DNA from: Haliotis rubra
Taxonomy: Eukaryota
Direction of reading: 5' to 3'
Length of the DNA stretch: 64,000 bases
Assembly (NCBI RefSeq): GCF_003918875.1
Contig: NW_025764891.1
Coordinates: forward strand, 62,001 to 126,000
Made by a program: the position numbers and the translations under genes. Below are positions 36,445 to 50,055 of this stretch, piece by piece; the first letter of the stretch is position 1; each line of letters starts with the position of its first letter. Under the pieces are notes generated by a model that was not told the DNA's origin, did no database searches, and worked only from the letters and a program-made list of their open reading frames with translations.

Positions 36445-38429
36445 CGATTGTGCAAATGCTGTTTACGCCATAGCGAATTGATTGTATATCAGTGACGTCA
36501 CGACATACTGGTGGTTGATAGTATAAACAACGGCATACACCAACGGGGATGATATGATTGTCTGAACGTGTGTTGGTTGAACCCATTGCTAAACGTGTGT
36601 AAACAAATCAGTGACCATACACATTTCAAGAGTTACATTCATTGCATACACACGTTGCCGTGAGATTTGAGCAGAGTTGCCCCCCTTAGGAGTGTCACGA
36701 TCCGCTGATCGTCAGCCGAATCGCATGTATGCCCGGATTATAGTTCATGAAAAGTTTTTTTTTCTTGCAATTTAATTTTACCAAAGGATTAAACGTCTAA
36801 GACCAACAACACTTCCAAAAAACCTTCACAATTAAGATGCACTGAGACCGAACTAACTTTCAAAGTGGTCTTAGACCAACATCACTCACTACAACAAGTG
36901 TCGAGGCAAGTTATAAACTCTTCATTTTGTCACTATGAATAGTAACTATAATAATAATACTGAAAATTTATATAGCGTTAAGTCCAGACACTAAGTGGGT
37001 GCTCTGTTAGAAGGCTTTGAAATACAAGAGATATCACTGATGACGTAAGCACTGGTTTTCATTAGCATGTAAAACTGCCAACATCACCTCCATCTGCAAC
37101 ATCACAGCTGTGTCATCGTCCTCTGGTTCCCTAGACAGATACTCGGTACAAAATATATATGCAGTTTTCTATCCTTAGCTTGAGAGAACGTCGTCCAGTT
37201 GATGTTTAACGTTATTAAGAAGATGCATCACTCCCGAAAGACGTCTTTTCAGAGAACGTAATAGAGCAAACATTTCTCCTCCTCCATGGAGTTATATCTC
37301 ATCCTGGTATGTGTGGAGGAGGTTTGACATCCCCGTTCCTTCTCACTTACACACAGACACACATATGTATCTTGTCTTCCCCCTCCACTTGCCCCCACAA
37401 CCCCGCCCCCGCCCACCAGCCTCTCTATCTCCCGGCGTAGGAGGCGAAACTCGATGCCCGGTTAACACCACTCGCGTGAATATTTGAGGGATTAATTTGG
37501 GACTGCTACACACACTTGCCTTTTTCTGCACTGCCCGATACAGCTAATAACGTTTTCAACTTCAAATAAATACTGGTTTACGGTGGTATACGATGTCGAA
37601 TGAATATTCATCCCTAAATACATAACGCCAGGGCAAACGATTACCCAGTCTATCTTGGGAAAAAGATTCCATTTGATGTGAAGGACAAAAAGACTCTGCA
37701 CACTATATGAATGGACCATCGAAAAAAAGGGATGACACCAGGTGTCCGCGAAAAAAACCCATATGTCTGTGGTAACACCTGTATATTAATTATCAAGTTA
37801 ATAGCGAAGTCCGAGGTGAATTGATTTACCTTTCACTGCGTCTCCTAAAGCAAAATACCATGCTAGAATGTAACGCTAAACACATTCTTCATCTTCCCAG
37901 TACAGTTGTTGACTCTCTAGGGACATATGAAATCAGACAGGTCGGTTTATTAAATATGTATGTTTGCACTGATATGATAATATAGATTCTGAACCTTCTC
38001 AGAGGATTTCTGTCAAGGAGTGGCCTTTGAAGTGAAATAATAAAATATGTACATGTAGTTGAAATGAATTCATGTATTCAACAGCATTTATTCCCTCTGT
38101 TTTGTTACAGTTTGTTACTTTTGTGACAGTTTTGTGACAGTCGTTCAGTGCAGCTTCATATACTGGCTGTTCCAGACTGTCGTGTTTAAAGGAATATTAT
38201 GCTTTACTGCTTAGATTATACTAANNNNNNNNNNNNNNNNNNNNNNNNNNNNNNNNNNNNNNNNNNNNNNNNNNNNNNNNNNNNNNNNNNNNNNNNNNNN
38301 NNNNNNNNNNNNNNNNNNNNNNNNNNNNNNNNNNNNNNNNNNNNNNNNNNNNNNNNNNNNNNNNNNNNNNNNNNNNNNNNNNNNNNNNNNNNNNNNNNNN
38401 NNGGCGATGGTCTGTCACATAGTCCCTTA

Positions 38430-40705
38430 AGGGTCCTTCACACTTATTTCGAATTGACAGGAATCAAGGAGTTTCAGCCAGAAAAAAAATATTTCCAAAA
38501 TTCGAACCGCATTCGGGAGAGAATGTGTAAATAAACAATTTTGTTCAAGCTTTGTAACAATGCTGTTGGAATACTTAGAACGCACTTCGAACCCGCCTCG
38601 AATTATTCTTACTCATTCCAAATGTACTAGATCACGAATGCAGTTCGAATGAATCGGAATACAGTAGGAATAATTAGAACGCTGTTAGAATACACTAAGA
38701 ATACTTAAAATGAATTTCGACTGCAGTACGAGTCCGGTTCGATTACTGCGTGAATAGCACTCGAATTTCAGTTGGAACGTACCTCGAATGCTGCACGAAT
38801 TTACATAGAATGCATTCAGTTTCTTCTTGGAATGGCCCCCGAATATGTGTCGAATGTTAAAGAATTAAAACAGAATGCAGCTCGAATATTTCAAATGTCC
38901 TTCAAATGCACTTAGAATGTAACACGAATGTCCGGTATGCATCAAGAATGCTGCCGGAAGTTTCCACGATGGGGTATAAAAACCGGTTGAATCTGGACTA
39001 TTCATCAGTCACTGCCCAACTCCCATAGAGTATGGACCACCTGGGCCATGTTGCGGTGCTCCCGATTGCTGTCCTCCAGCAAGCCCAGATTGAAAGAGAT
39101 GTGGAAAAAAACAGGAGAAGACCAAGGAGATTCCAGACCAGACCATGGCTGACAGAGGAAAGGAGGAGGCTGTTTGACATTACACAAGACTGATGGAAGA
39201 GCTCAGAGTTGGGGACACGCAGTCATTCTTCACCTACCTTAGGATGGAGCCTGCCATGTTTAATGGGTTGGTGCAGAAAGTGGGACCAAGAATACAGAAG
39301 CAGGATACATATATGAGAAAGGTGCTACCTCCAGGCTTGAAGCTAGCCATCACATTGAGGTTCCTGGCTTCAGTTGATACCCCAGCATCATGTACAGCTT
39401 CCGCGTTTCAAGGAACACAATCAACCAGATCATCTCAGAAGTATGTAAGGTCATTTGGGGGAATTCAAGGATGAGGTTATCACCTGCCCTACAACTCCAG
39501 AAGAATGGACACCCATCGAAGAGGTATTCAGAAACAGGTGGAATATACCTCATGCCGTAGGAGCTTTAGATGACAAACATGTGGCCATTAGGAAACCTGC
39601 CAAGGGCAGCTCATTGTACCACAACTACAAGGGCTTCTTTTCTGTGGTCCAAATGGCCCTTGTGGGCAAACGTTGGTGCTTACGGAAGTATGTCTGATGC
39701 TCAGATCTCCAACAAGTGCGAGCTCAAGGATTGTCTTTAAGACGGGAGCATAGGATTTCATGATCCGTTCTCCTTACCACAAGATGCCTAGCGTATGCCA
39801 CGCTTTATTCTGGGAGATGATGCCTTTGGATTAAGAGCCTTCTTGATGAAACCGTCTGGTCATATGACTCTCCAGAGAGACGAGAGAATCAACAACTACA
39901 GGATCAGTCGGGGCCGACGGGTAGTGGAAAATGCTTTTGGAATCATGGCCCACAGTTGGCAAATCCTCCTCACCACCATGCTGCCAAGGCCTTCCGTTGT
40001 GAAGGACATCATTGAATGCTGTGTCTGCCTGCACAACTTGATGAGGACTCGTTATCCTACTCTCCACAATGGTATGGTGGATGAGGAAGATGAGCAGCAC
40101 AACGTGGTGCCAGGAGGCTGGAGACAACTTGCGCAGCTTGAAGGTGTGAATGATGTCTGAAGTTTCAGTGACGTTTTTAAGGGATTCGGCGGTGTTCTGA
40201 TGACTCCAGGGCTCATTTGAAGAGCATTCGAGACGTTCTGACTGTATTCGAGGTGCATTTGATGTACATTCGAGCTGTATTCCAAGTGCAATCGAAATAT
40301 TCCGATACGTTTGAGGAGTATTCCACCTAAATTCCACCAGCAATCGAAGTACATTCGAGGCGCATTCGACACATTCTTGCAGGATTTGAAGTGGCTTGTT
40401 CTTTCGATTCGCCCTCGAATACGTTCAGAATACTTAGAATGCAGTTAGAATGCAGTAAGAACACTTAGAATGCAGTTAGAACGCACTTCAAATGTTGTTC
40501 GATATTTTTTCCACTTCGAATGTACCTCGAAAGTTTTGAACATGTTCAAAACATTCGGGCATGTTACAAGAATTGACACGAATCGTTGGAGTGCATTTGG
40601 AATGGAGTAAGAAGTTTTAGAATGCAGTTCGAATTTCCAGGAATCTCCAGGAATTTTCATTCCGACGGCATTCCGGCTCATTCCGCCTCAAGTGTGAAGG
40701 GGTAT
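38430..40705 (+). mobile_element. PIF/Harbinger DNA transposon, decayed
   Basis: Imperfect TIRs (ccttcacactt / aagtgtgaagg) with TTAA/TWA flanks; ttcgaa/gaatgca-rich subterminal repeats; transposase inside. Confidence 0.85.
39032..40160 (+). pseudogene. Harbinger (HARBI1-like DDE_Tnp_4) transposase pseudogene
   Basis: KLAITLRFLA; WNIPHAVGALDDKHVAIRKP..SLYHNYKGFFS; ILGDDAFGL..LMKP; NYRISRGRRVVENAFG; CVCLHN; frameshifts and stops. Confidence 0.92.
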
Positions 40706-41609
40706 TAACCGCTTTACTTCCCCCTTCTGTAATGCTAAAGCCAAAAATGAAAATGAAATGAAGATTTTCTCAGATTTCGAAACCCCTTTTCACTGGGACT
40801 CGTTTTCAGTTTTAAAGGAATTGTTTGTTTATATCAAAATTACATATTCAGAGACTAAACTTTTGTCTAGTCGGACGATTGCACGGGTTATTCCGGTGCA
40901 TACGCCTGTGAATGAATGGATTATTCGGGTACGTTAGTCTTCGAAAGAATATATTATGCGGCGGGTGGGTTAAGGAAGAACGTCTTATTCAGATGGATGG
41001 AGTGATGAATGAACTGACTATATATATGTGTGGATTGACGAATAACCATAATATTCGGATGAGTGAATGGATGAGTGGGCTGGTGAATGAAGAGATTATT
41101 TAGACGGATTCATCGATGGATGAACGTATTTTCCGGCTGGATGGGTCAATGGATGATCAGATGTAGGTATGTAGATGGGTCAATAAATGACCTACTGCTA
41201 AAGTGGATGGAGCGATGAACAAGCGGGTGGGTGGGTGTACCACACGGTTAGGTCTCTTAATGCCTACAGGGACAAATACCTACAGGCAATAATAGCTACG
41301 GAGTATGTTGTTTTAGGTGAGCAGCAGTGATACGCTTCCCTGCACACCAGTGGTCATTTCCACCCTAATGAGTTTAACCTGTTTACACTATGAAAACTTC
41401 CTAGAGATTATCTGATCATATCAGCACAAGCAGTGCTTTATGTATCCTTTTTGCTTGTTTTCAATACAATTTGTCTATCTTTCTCGACAGGAACTATATA
41501 TGTAAAAAGCAATTTAATTACTTCTGTTTAGCATGCAATAGATTTTGTACTGAGTAAGTTTGAGAACGAACATGTTGAAATACAATGGGACTTCTGCATA
41601 GTTTGGTTC

Positions 41610-42330
41610 AAATCACGCACGTATGAACGTCTGTTCAGACTCTTGAGTGAGAAAGTACAGCAAACCACTGGACATCCACTTCAGCCAACTAGCATCCAAA
41701 CAGACTTTGAAATCGCCGCCATCAGAGCCACAGAAGCAGTGTTCCCAAATAGTGCTGTCCGTGGTTGCTACTTTCACTATTCACAAGCTCTGTGGGGAAG
41801 GTGCAAGAACTTAAGTTCACTGATGTCTACCTCCAGGATCCTGAGGTGTATACGTGGATGAGGCGTGCTGCAGCTCTACCCTTTCTGCCTGTGAGGCAGG
41901 TTCAGGATGCCTGGGTAGAGATGATCATGGAAGATGCTCCGAGATTCCACAGAAGGTCCAGTGGAACGACTACATCACCAACACCTGGGTTGACGACCAT
42001 GCCTTCTACAGAGTCGGAATCTGGAACCAGCATGACAACCTAGGACCTCGCACGAACAACCATCTCGAGAGGTGGCATTCCCATCTGAACAAGGTCGTCA
42101 TGAGAGCTCATCCAAACACCTTTGCGTTGGTGAAGGTTCTTCAGAAGCTGGAGAAGACCGAACGGAACAAGCTTGTTCAGTTCATTGATGAAGCTAAACC
42201 ACCACCATGACGTCGTGTGTACAAGGAGATTGACAGCAGGCTTGCTAGACTAAAGGATCAGCTACGAGCTGGTGTGAAGGCTCCCTTGGACTTTCTCAGT
42301 GCTGTTGGTCGACTAGTGAAGATGGAGTAA
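41610..42330 (+). pseudogene. MULE transposase C-terminal half, frameshifted
   Basis: TDFEIAAIRA...FP...RGCYFHYSQALW; ALPFLP; DYITNTWV; WN...PRTNNHLERWH; HPN. Confidence 0.9.
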
Positions 42331-42373
42331 AACAAATTCTCAGACTTTGTGCCAGTCAAAATATGCATAAGAT

Positions 42374-42535
42374 CAGGGGTGGATACAGCTTTTTGAGAAA
42401 GAGGGGGGTGCACACTATTGAGAAAAGGAGGGGTGCACACTGGTTTTAATGGTCATTTAACAAACTTTCAGCACAAGGGAGGGGCACCCCTGCACCCCCC
42501 CCCCCACACACACACACCCTCTGGATCCGCCTATG
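42374..42535. mobile_element. hAT-like MITE nested in the MULE
   Basis: caggggtggatacag / ctggatccgcctatg ends; 8-bp TSD cataagat at 42366-42373 and 42536-42543. Confidence 0.85.
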
Positions 42536-43629
42536 CATAAGATGATGTAAAGATATTTGACCCTGTCAGATGTAAAGATATGAATTCAATTATTGTTCCG
42601 GATTTCACAAATATATGAAAACCCCCAGCATTTTTTCATTGTCTAGGCATTGTCCACCTTGTCTGTTGGAATGTTCCATTTATGTAATGGGGAGAAGATA
42701 CTGCTGCTTGACATCACTGGTGCATTACTTTGTTTATTCTACACTGTAGACATTTGTCACTGTAGGCATTTGGAGACTACGCCTACCACACAGCGGTTGG
42801 TTCAATTAAAGAATAAATGCAAAGTTGACACGTTGCCTTCGCATAATCGTTACATGCCAAACAAACAGAAAACGCGCGTTCTGACCGGCGTGTACGCCCA
42901 CGCTCACCGCAGCGTATCTCGTATTAAAGTCTTCTAATCAGAAAGCGACTGTTTACGTTTCGACTCTGTCTCCCAGCATAACATACCGCCAGGTTAATCC
43001 GTTGTTTGCACACTGAGCATTTATGTACATTTCTTCTCAGATGTGGGAAAGATGACATACAGAAAGGAAAATCTTTAAGTAAATTCTCCGCATGTGTGGG
43101 ATAACGTGTGGGTGCGAGAACTGCCCACGTCAGTCAGATTCCTATCAACAGCCTGTGAAGGAATGAAGTTAATATCCAGATGGATTCTCTTTCAAAAACC
43201 AAAACCTCAGATCTATCCGTATCTTTGACGATTTAAAATTTATCATGAATATTGATTCAGGGCAGGTCAAATTTGAACTCTAAGGCGTTTGTGTATTAAT
43301 GGAAATAGTTCTTTTGTGGCTGAGAAGGAAGGGTCTTGTTTTACCGCACGAAATGGAACGGCTGTGTTAATTGAACACATTCACACAATATACGATACGC
43401 ATGTAATGAACACTTGGTCATTGATTTTGGTTATACAAAAAATCATTTTTATCCTTTTATTTAGCATTAACCTTCCCAAGACAATGGAACATGAACTGCG
43501 AGCCGTTAAGTGAAGGGACAATCTGTTGGAAACCTAGAGTGATTATGGTATATAAGATCGCGTCTGTATGCTCATATTTAGATCACTTCTAGATTTTACC
43601 CTTTCACTTTTCTACTGACGTAGGTCAGT

Positions 43630-44212
43630 GTTAAACCCTGGGAGTTACGACAGCCAGATGTACATCTTAAACCCTGGGAGTTACGATAGCCATGTGTACA
43701 TCTTAAACCCTTGGAGTTACCATAACTATGTGTACATCTTAAACCCTGGCAGTTACGACAACCATGTGTATATCCTAAACCCTGGCAGTTACGATAACCA
43801 TGTGTACATCTTAAACACTGGCAGCCAGGTGTACATTTTAAACCCTGTGAGTTACACATGGATGTTAAATCCTGGGAATAACAATAGCCATACATACATC
43901 GTAAAACCCTAGGAACTTCGACAGTCACGCGAACATCTTAACCCCTGAGAGTTACGACAGACATACATACATCGTAAAACCCTGGGAGTTACGATAGACA
44001 TATGCACATTTTAATTCCTGCGAGTTAGGACGGTCAAACGAGCATCTAAAACCCTTGGAGTTACGACAGTCATGCGTACATCTTAAAATCTGGGAGTTAC
44101 GACGGTTATACGTACATCGTACACTCTGGGAGTTACGACAGCCACATGTACACCGTAAACTCTGGGGGTAACGATAGACATAGGTACATCTTGAGCCCTT
44201 TGAATTACGACA
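43630..44212. repeat. 36-bp diverged minisatellite
   Basis: Unit taaaccctgggagttacgacagccatgtgtacatct; 12-aa periodicity in overlapping ORFs. Confidence 0.9.
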
Positions 44213-44973
44213 TACGTAACTCTGTGTTAAACTGTAGGAGCAGCGACCCCCGAACTAGCATTCATAAAATAGATTTTTGGTGCACAAGATATTTTATTGG
44301 TTCTATCTAGTTTTTAAAAATCTATCAAATCTAGTGATCATATATGTTTATTGTGGGTTTATCGGTATAAGATGACACAGAATTGTTTTTTAAAGTATTC
44401 TACAGGTGGTAATGTTCAATCTTAAAAATACGAAGTGGTGTTACACATGCTATTAGTATCAGAACCACTGTAAGGGTGGACAACCTGGCGACAGGTACAG
44501 TGTCAAATTGTCAATAAAACTGTTTCTTTGGAGCAAAGTTGGCAGTAGACAATACCAATGTGTCTGTGTGACATGATAAAGACCCGTTATACATTGCCAC
44601 CAATGTTGATATGATGTGAGAGTGACAATGGTCGGAGATGTCTTGTCACTCGGTGGGTGGGATGAATCCCCGCGTCCAGCACAGACCAGCATCCATGTGA
44701 TACACCATGCAGATACCAGCTTCAGCAGGTGGATAGAAAAATATGGCTCATCCCGACACTGATAACTGGTCATGCAAGGCTAGAACAGGTGTATATATCC
44801 AAAGGGGTGGCCCAGTGGGTTGAGTCTCAGAGATAACCAATAGGTCTGTGTTCGACTTATTGCATGAATGTGTTGCTAACATCATAACGCTATTCCCACC
44901 CGCCGACTATCGGTATCGGTATCGGTTATTTGATCTGCTGGCAGGGTCTGGGCCTGTGTCAGTCAGGGCGTCG

Positions 44974-45060
<87 letters not shown>
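44974..45060. repeat. Perfect (ACT)n microsatellite; further CTA/CTG tracts at ~45391-45717 and ~45946-46138
   Basis: Direct reading. Confidence 0.95.
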
Positions 45061-45390
45061 GACCGCCTCCGTGGTGTAGTGGTTAGAGCGTCCGCCCCGG
45101 CTCGATCCCCGACCGCGTCATACCAAAAGACTTTAAAATATGTGGTAAATTAATTGGTACAACAAGGACTGTTCGGCTCGGAGTCAGTATAATGTGTCTG
45201 AGTGGGGTATTCATGCTTCACTGTGGCATGGTATCTCAGTGGGCTAGCACTTTAAAACCAGCTTCAGTCTGGGCTAGTACAAGCAGCCTCACATACACAT
45301 ACACACGCATGCACGTCGTCATATGAGCGAAATATTCTCCAGTGCGACGTTAAACCCAATTTCACCTCACCTCACCACCTAACCTCACCT
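45061..45390 (+). mobile_element. SINE family C (tRNA head, Meta/MESC-like body) lying within (ACT)n
   Basis: gaccgcctccgtggtgtagtggttagagcg...gtcataccaaaagactttaaaatatg...(CACCT)n. Confidence 0.9.
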
Positions 45391-45973
45391 TACTACTACT
45401 ACTACTACTACTACTGCTTCTGCTACTACTNNNNNNNNNNNNNNNNNNNNNNNNNNNNNNNNNNNNNNNNNNNNNNNNNNNNNNNNNNNNNNNNNNNNNN
45501 NNNNNNNNNNNNNNNNNNNNNNNNNNNNNNNNNNNNNNNNNNNNNNNNNNNNNNNNNNNNNNNNNNNNNNNNNNNNNNNNNNNNNNNNNNNNNNNNCTTC
45601 TACTACTACTGCTATTACTACTACTACTACTGCTATTACTACTACTACGTCTACAACAACAACTACTACTACTACTACTTCTACTACATTTTGGTTCTAC
45701 AACAACTACTACTACTGGATTCTTTCTTTGGGAGGCATTTTTAGTTTGTATAGGTACTAAGGTCAAACCAAGTGACATTTATGGATAGACTCAACTTTTT
45801 CTTTATTACAACTACTGAGTACTGGGGTAGACTGGTTTCGGTGTAGGTACCATAACACCGTTGTCAAGCATCGGGTGGTCATTTAAACTTGGTTGAAGAA
45901 GTTCCCACTTGATCGATCTCATGCAGAACTCGGTTTTCCAGACTTTACTACTACTACTGGAATACTACTACTA

Positions 45974-46017
<44 letters not shown>

Positions 46018-46159
46018 ACTGCTACTACTACTACAACGACTACTACACAACCATCACTACTGCTACTTCTACTACTACTTCTACTTCTTCTATTACTACG
46101 ACTACTTCTACAAAAACAACAGCTACCACTACTTCTATCATGTTTCGTTATCTTACCCC

Positions 46160-46323
46160 ACCTGTCGTCTCACACACTCGTACCCATGCTGGTGTGTCAA
46201 AGCCAGTTGGCCACTGGCCACCGGTCAGTCACCTAATGTCAATCAGATTTACTAGCCAGAGCGAACAGGTTGGTCTAATAACCTGAAGTTTGCATTGTAG
46301 AATTTCTATCCTTCATCTAGAGG
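46160..46323 (+). repeat. Dispersed segment shared with ~60530-60725
   Basis: ctaatgtcaatcagatttactagccagag.gaacaggttg.tctaa.aacctga...ttgtagaatttc in both. Confidence 0.85.
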
Positions 46324-47524
46324 ATTCGATGGTTTTGGGTTAACAACACCTTGATAGTGCTAACACTCTGACATCAACTACCCTACAACTACCTTGTGAA
46401 TATATGTACACCCTATCATAGGGAGGACTACAATTGAATATGATTTAAAGTCGCTTTGAACATCATGCTCGTTATATGATGGCGTGTCTGCTTGATGTGG
46501 GAGGAGATCCCGAGGTAATGCAGATCATAGACGTTTACCACTGTGGAAGTCTGTCTCAAAGTCTCTGAACCACATTATTTGCCCTCCTGCCTATAGCTAG
46601 TCCTCCCTGCAAATCTAAAACCCTAAATGAAGCAAGTCTAGATTTCTTCAGGTTCCGAATCGCCCTTCTCACTTGGGCTCCTTGTCAATTTAAATGGGTT
46701 TATTTGTTACTGTCGAAATTATATATATTCAGGGATTAAGCGTAAGTCTACCACTGGGGTGAAACTCGCCAACATAGGTATCGGGCTGATAAACCAAGTA
46801 TCATTCTTCAAGCACCTACAGGCTCTTCCAGACACCTCCCAGACCAGGCAAATGCTCGCGTTCAACCAGACGTCTTCAACGTTAACATCAGTGTATGGTA
46901 TCTAGCGACTCCGTCCACGACGACCTCACTGTCAGTCGTCAGACAGCAACGTCTTGAACAATTAAGGACAACGCAACGTGTCAGCTCAATTATAGTCGTA
47001 ATCATAGGGTGTTCGGCGAAGTCTTGTGCGTGACTACCCATTAGCTCTGGTTCAGGTCCACAGAGGATGCTTGTTCCTTGTTCCTCCTTCATAATGCATA
47101 AACTAGTACTGTGCGTCAACGGAGATGCAGCTTAATACTTGACATTAACAAATTTACAACTGATGTATAAAATAGGCTCATATATTGAAAACTGATATCA
47201 GATAGAGTTTAACCTTAATTGTTAGTATGGATTAAAATGAGAGCTACATTTTGACTTTATTTACTCGTTGCTTATTTTGGTAACCCTTGTTGGCAACGCC
47301 TCGTTCCCTCATAAGGAAAAACAACAACTATTAAATACATCCATCAGGTATCCATCAGTTCTGAAGTGAATGTGCGCACGAGCTGAACATCTCCGCTTAA
47401 TGAATACATAATGCCATTAAGAAAGTGGACAAATGTAACACATGTTATATTTGGGATTATACTTTTTTCAGCAAAGTACAGATTCTAGTATTTTTGTTGG
47501 GTTGAGTCCCATCCGGGATTCGAA

Positions 47525-47952
47525 CATATGTTCCATCTGCGCTTAATGTATGTAGCGTCACAATCTTACTACACCTGCCAACGGATCACTGTGCACTCTA
47601 TTCTCAGCTCCCTGCGGAGAATGCAGCCATGTGAAATAATGGAAGTTAACACACACACACTACCGTTTCATCCGGGAACCCATGCAGTGGCCAGGCGAAT
47701 ATTTCGAACAAACCAACACAATGAGACACAACATATGCTACATCTGCGCTTAATGTATGTTGGAAGCGTCACAATCTTACTACACCTGCCAACGGATCAC
47801 TGTGCACTCTATTCTCAGCTCCCTGCGGAGAATGCAGCCATGTGAAATAATGGAAGTTAACACACACACACTACCGTTTCATCCGGGAACCCATGCAGTG
47901 GCCAGGCGAATATTTCGAACAAACCTACACAAAGAGACACAACATGTGCTAC
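47525..47952. repeat. ~210-bp near-perfect tandem duplication
   Basis: catctgcgcttaatgtatgt...ggccaggcgaatatttcgaacaaacc twice. Confidence 0.92.
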
Positions 47953-48002
47953 CCGATTTTTATTGTGATGCAGGATCGAAGCTCCAGAACTCATGTCGAG
48001 TC

Positions 48003-48235
48003 GGGGCGGTAGGGTAGTCTAGTGGTTAAAGCGTTGGCTCGTCATGCCGAAGACCCTGGTTCGAATCCCCACATGGGTACAATGAGTGAAGCCCATTTCT
48101 GGTGTCCCCCGACGTGATATTGCTGGAATATTGCTAAAAGCGACGTAAAACCAAACTCAGTCAGTCAGCCATGTCGAGTCGAAGGTGATATTGCAGGAAT
48201 ATTGCAAAAAGCCGCATAAAACCATACTCACTCAT
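48003..48235 (+). mobile_element. SINE family A followed by a second tail copy
   Basis: Full copy 48003-48168; extra gtgatattgcaggaatattgc...actcactc at ~48185-48233. Confidence 0.9.
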
Positions 48236-48255
48236 AGCTAGAAAACACATGATGC

Positions 48256-48395
48256 CATAGCGGAACCAGAGGGAGGGAGTGCAGGGTCCCCCCCACTCCC
48301 CCCGTCCTGCAAGTTTATTAAATGGCCATTGAAACTCTCCTGAAAACGGTTGCAAATGGACTGCTCCCCTCTCAAAAAGCTGTAACCGCACCATG
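48256..48395. mobile_element. hAT-like MITE related to 42374-42535, opposite orientation
   Basis: catagcggaaccagaggg ... ctcaaaaagctgtaaccgcaccatg. Confidence 0.65.
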
Positions 48396-48911
48396 ATGGT
48401 ACGCCCAACCAGGAACTCTCAGCACTGCTATTTAACTTCACGTGATTAATGACCTATACTTTGTTTGCAGGACCACGAGTCCCTATTTTAGTATAGAGGT
48501 TTCATTATAAATACATTCATATTTAAGCACGCTTGTATCCAGTTCAGTGAGGCGAGAGTATGTCTCTTCTCCGGACGGCGGTTCGGCCTGACAGGACCAG
48601 TCCGTGACACATGTGACCTACCTCATCGACGACCTTCCCAGACCGTGTCCTCACCTTTGTTATTGTTTACCCGATCATAGTAAACAAAAACTTGCTCGAA
48701 CCAGCAGCCTCCGGTCCCAGGTCACAGTGTACTACTACTGTCCATTAGCCGGAGTGCAGGACAGGGCCGAACCAGGTCACAGTGTACTATAACAGCGGAC
48801 ACAGACAGACCAGGTCGATACGCTAACAAGCATCTGGCAAGCTCATTGTATGTCGATGGTGTTTTTGTCATTGTCTGGTGATTTCATTAATTTGATTGTC
48901 CGAATGATATA

Positions 48912-49452
48912 CAGCTTGTCCAGCTTGACCTGAGCTACTCTACATATGCATGACCCGGGAGGTCAAATGGCACAAAAGACAGGTCGAGTTAACTTCATTA
49001 AATAGGGGAGCAGAGAATGTTGCGTTCGTGTGAAACATGCACACATGGATTCGTTACAGAACTTCTTCCGAAAAAACAATCATTTCATGTTTTAATTGAA
49101 TTGTTTATACAGTAATATGCTATCTACTTTGGTTTACTAACTTTACAACGTACAGACGTCAGTTACTTTCACAATCCGATTCACTGTCGCTATCACTCTC
49201 AACACCCACTCTCTATCATTTTTTCTAATTCATGAATCGGAAACATTAAACCATCTGTAGCTTCTAAAGTTAGGACATTGCTGACGATTTCGCGACACTG
49301 AGATGTCATACGGCGACCTTGTCTCAGCTGTTCGGACATGTTGACAATCAACTGACAAAGGTGCACCCCTTCACAATAATAGATCCAACCAGTTGTGACA
49401 CGGTCACGCAATGCATTAATATTCACTTGATCAGGTCAAGCTGAACAAGCTG
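48912..49452. mobile_element. Tc1/mariner-type MITE
   Basis: TA-flanked 22-bp TIRs cagcttgtccagcttgacctga / tcaggtcaagctgaacaagctg. Confidence 0.85.
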
Positions 49453-49892
49453 TACCTCCGTTTATTATTATGATTAGTGCGTCGCTGTCTATAAGTCGCG
49501 GCGGTTCATGGGTGAAAGGTTAATTTAGCTTTGTCTCATTAACACACAAACTTTATATGTGAGATATCGCTTAGAGGTAGTCATCGAATCACATAAACAG
49601 ACCGGAAGACCTGAAATAACACGTGACTAAAATGATAAAGCATTGGTTCTCATTAAATGGGGCTCTCTGCTTCAGCCACTCAGCCACTGTTGTTTGACGC
49701 CGCCGCACTCAGCAATATTCCAGCTGTATGGCGGTATTTGAGTGAATATAACTGTGAGTGAGTATAATCATGTTGTACTAAGATATTCCTGAACTGGACG
49801 CTCGATGGCTACACGTAAGGCGACGTACCGCCGTGATCCTGACAAAAAACCTCATCGAATTGAATTCGATAGTACCAAAGTCTTCAATAGAC

Positions 49893-50055
49893 GAGGGCGA
49901 TGGGGTAGCCCAGTGGTTAAAGCGTCCGCTCGTCAAGCTGAAGGCCCAGGTTCGATTCCCAACATGAGTACAATGCATGAAGCCCATTTCTAGTGTCCCT
50001 CGCCGTGATATTGCTGGAATTTGCTAAAGGCGGCGTAAAATCACACTCACTCACT
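49893..50055 (+). mobile_element. SINE family A
   Basis: A/B boxes, body, tail. Confidence 0.9.

Larger units (their letters stand above)
41246..42783 (+). mobile_element. MULE/Mutator element, internally deleted
   Basis: TIRs gg..gtctcttaatgcctacagggacaaat / atttgtcactgtaggcatttggagactacgcc; TSD taccacac at 41238-41245 and 42784-42791. Confidence 0.9.
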
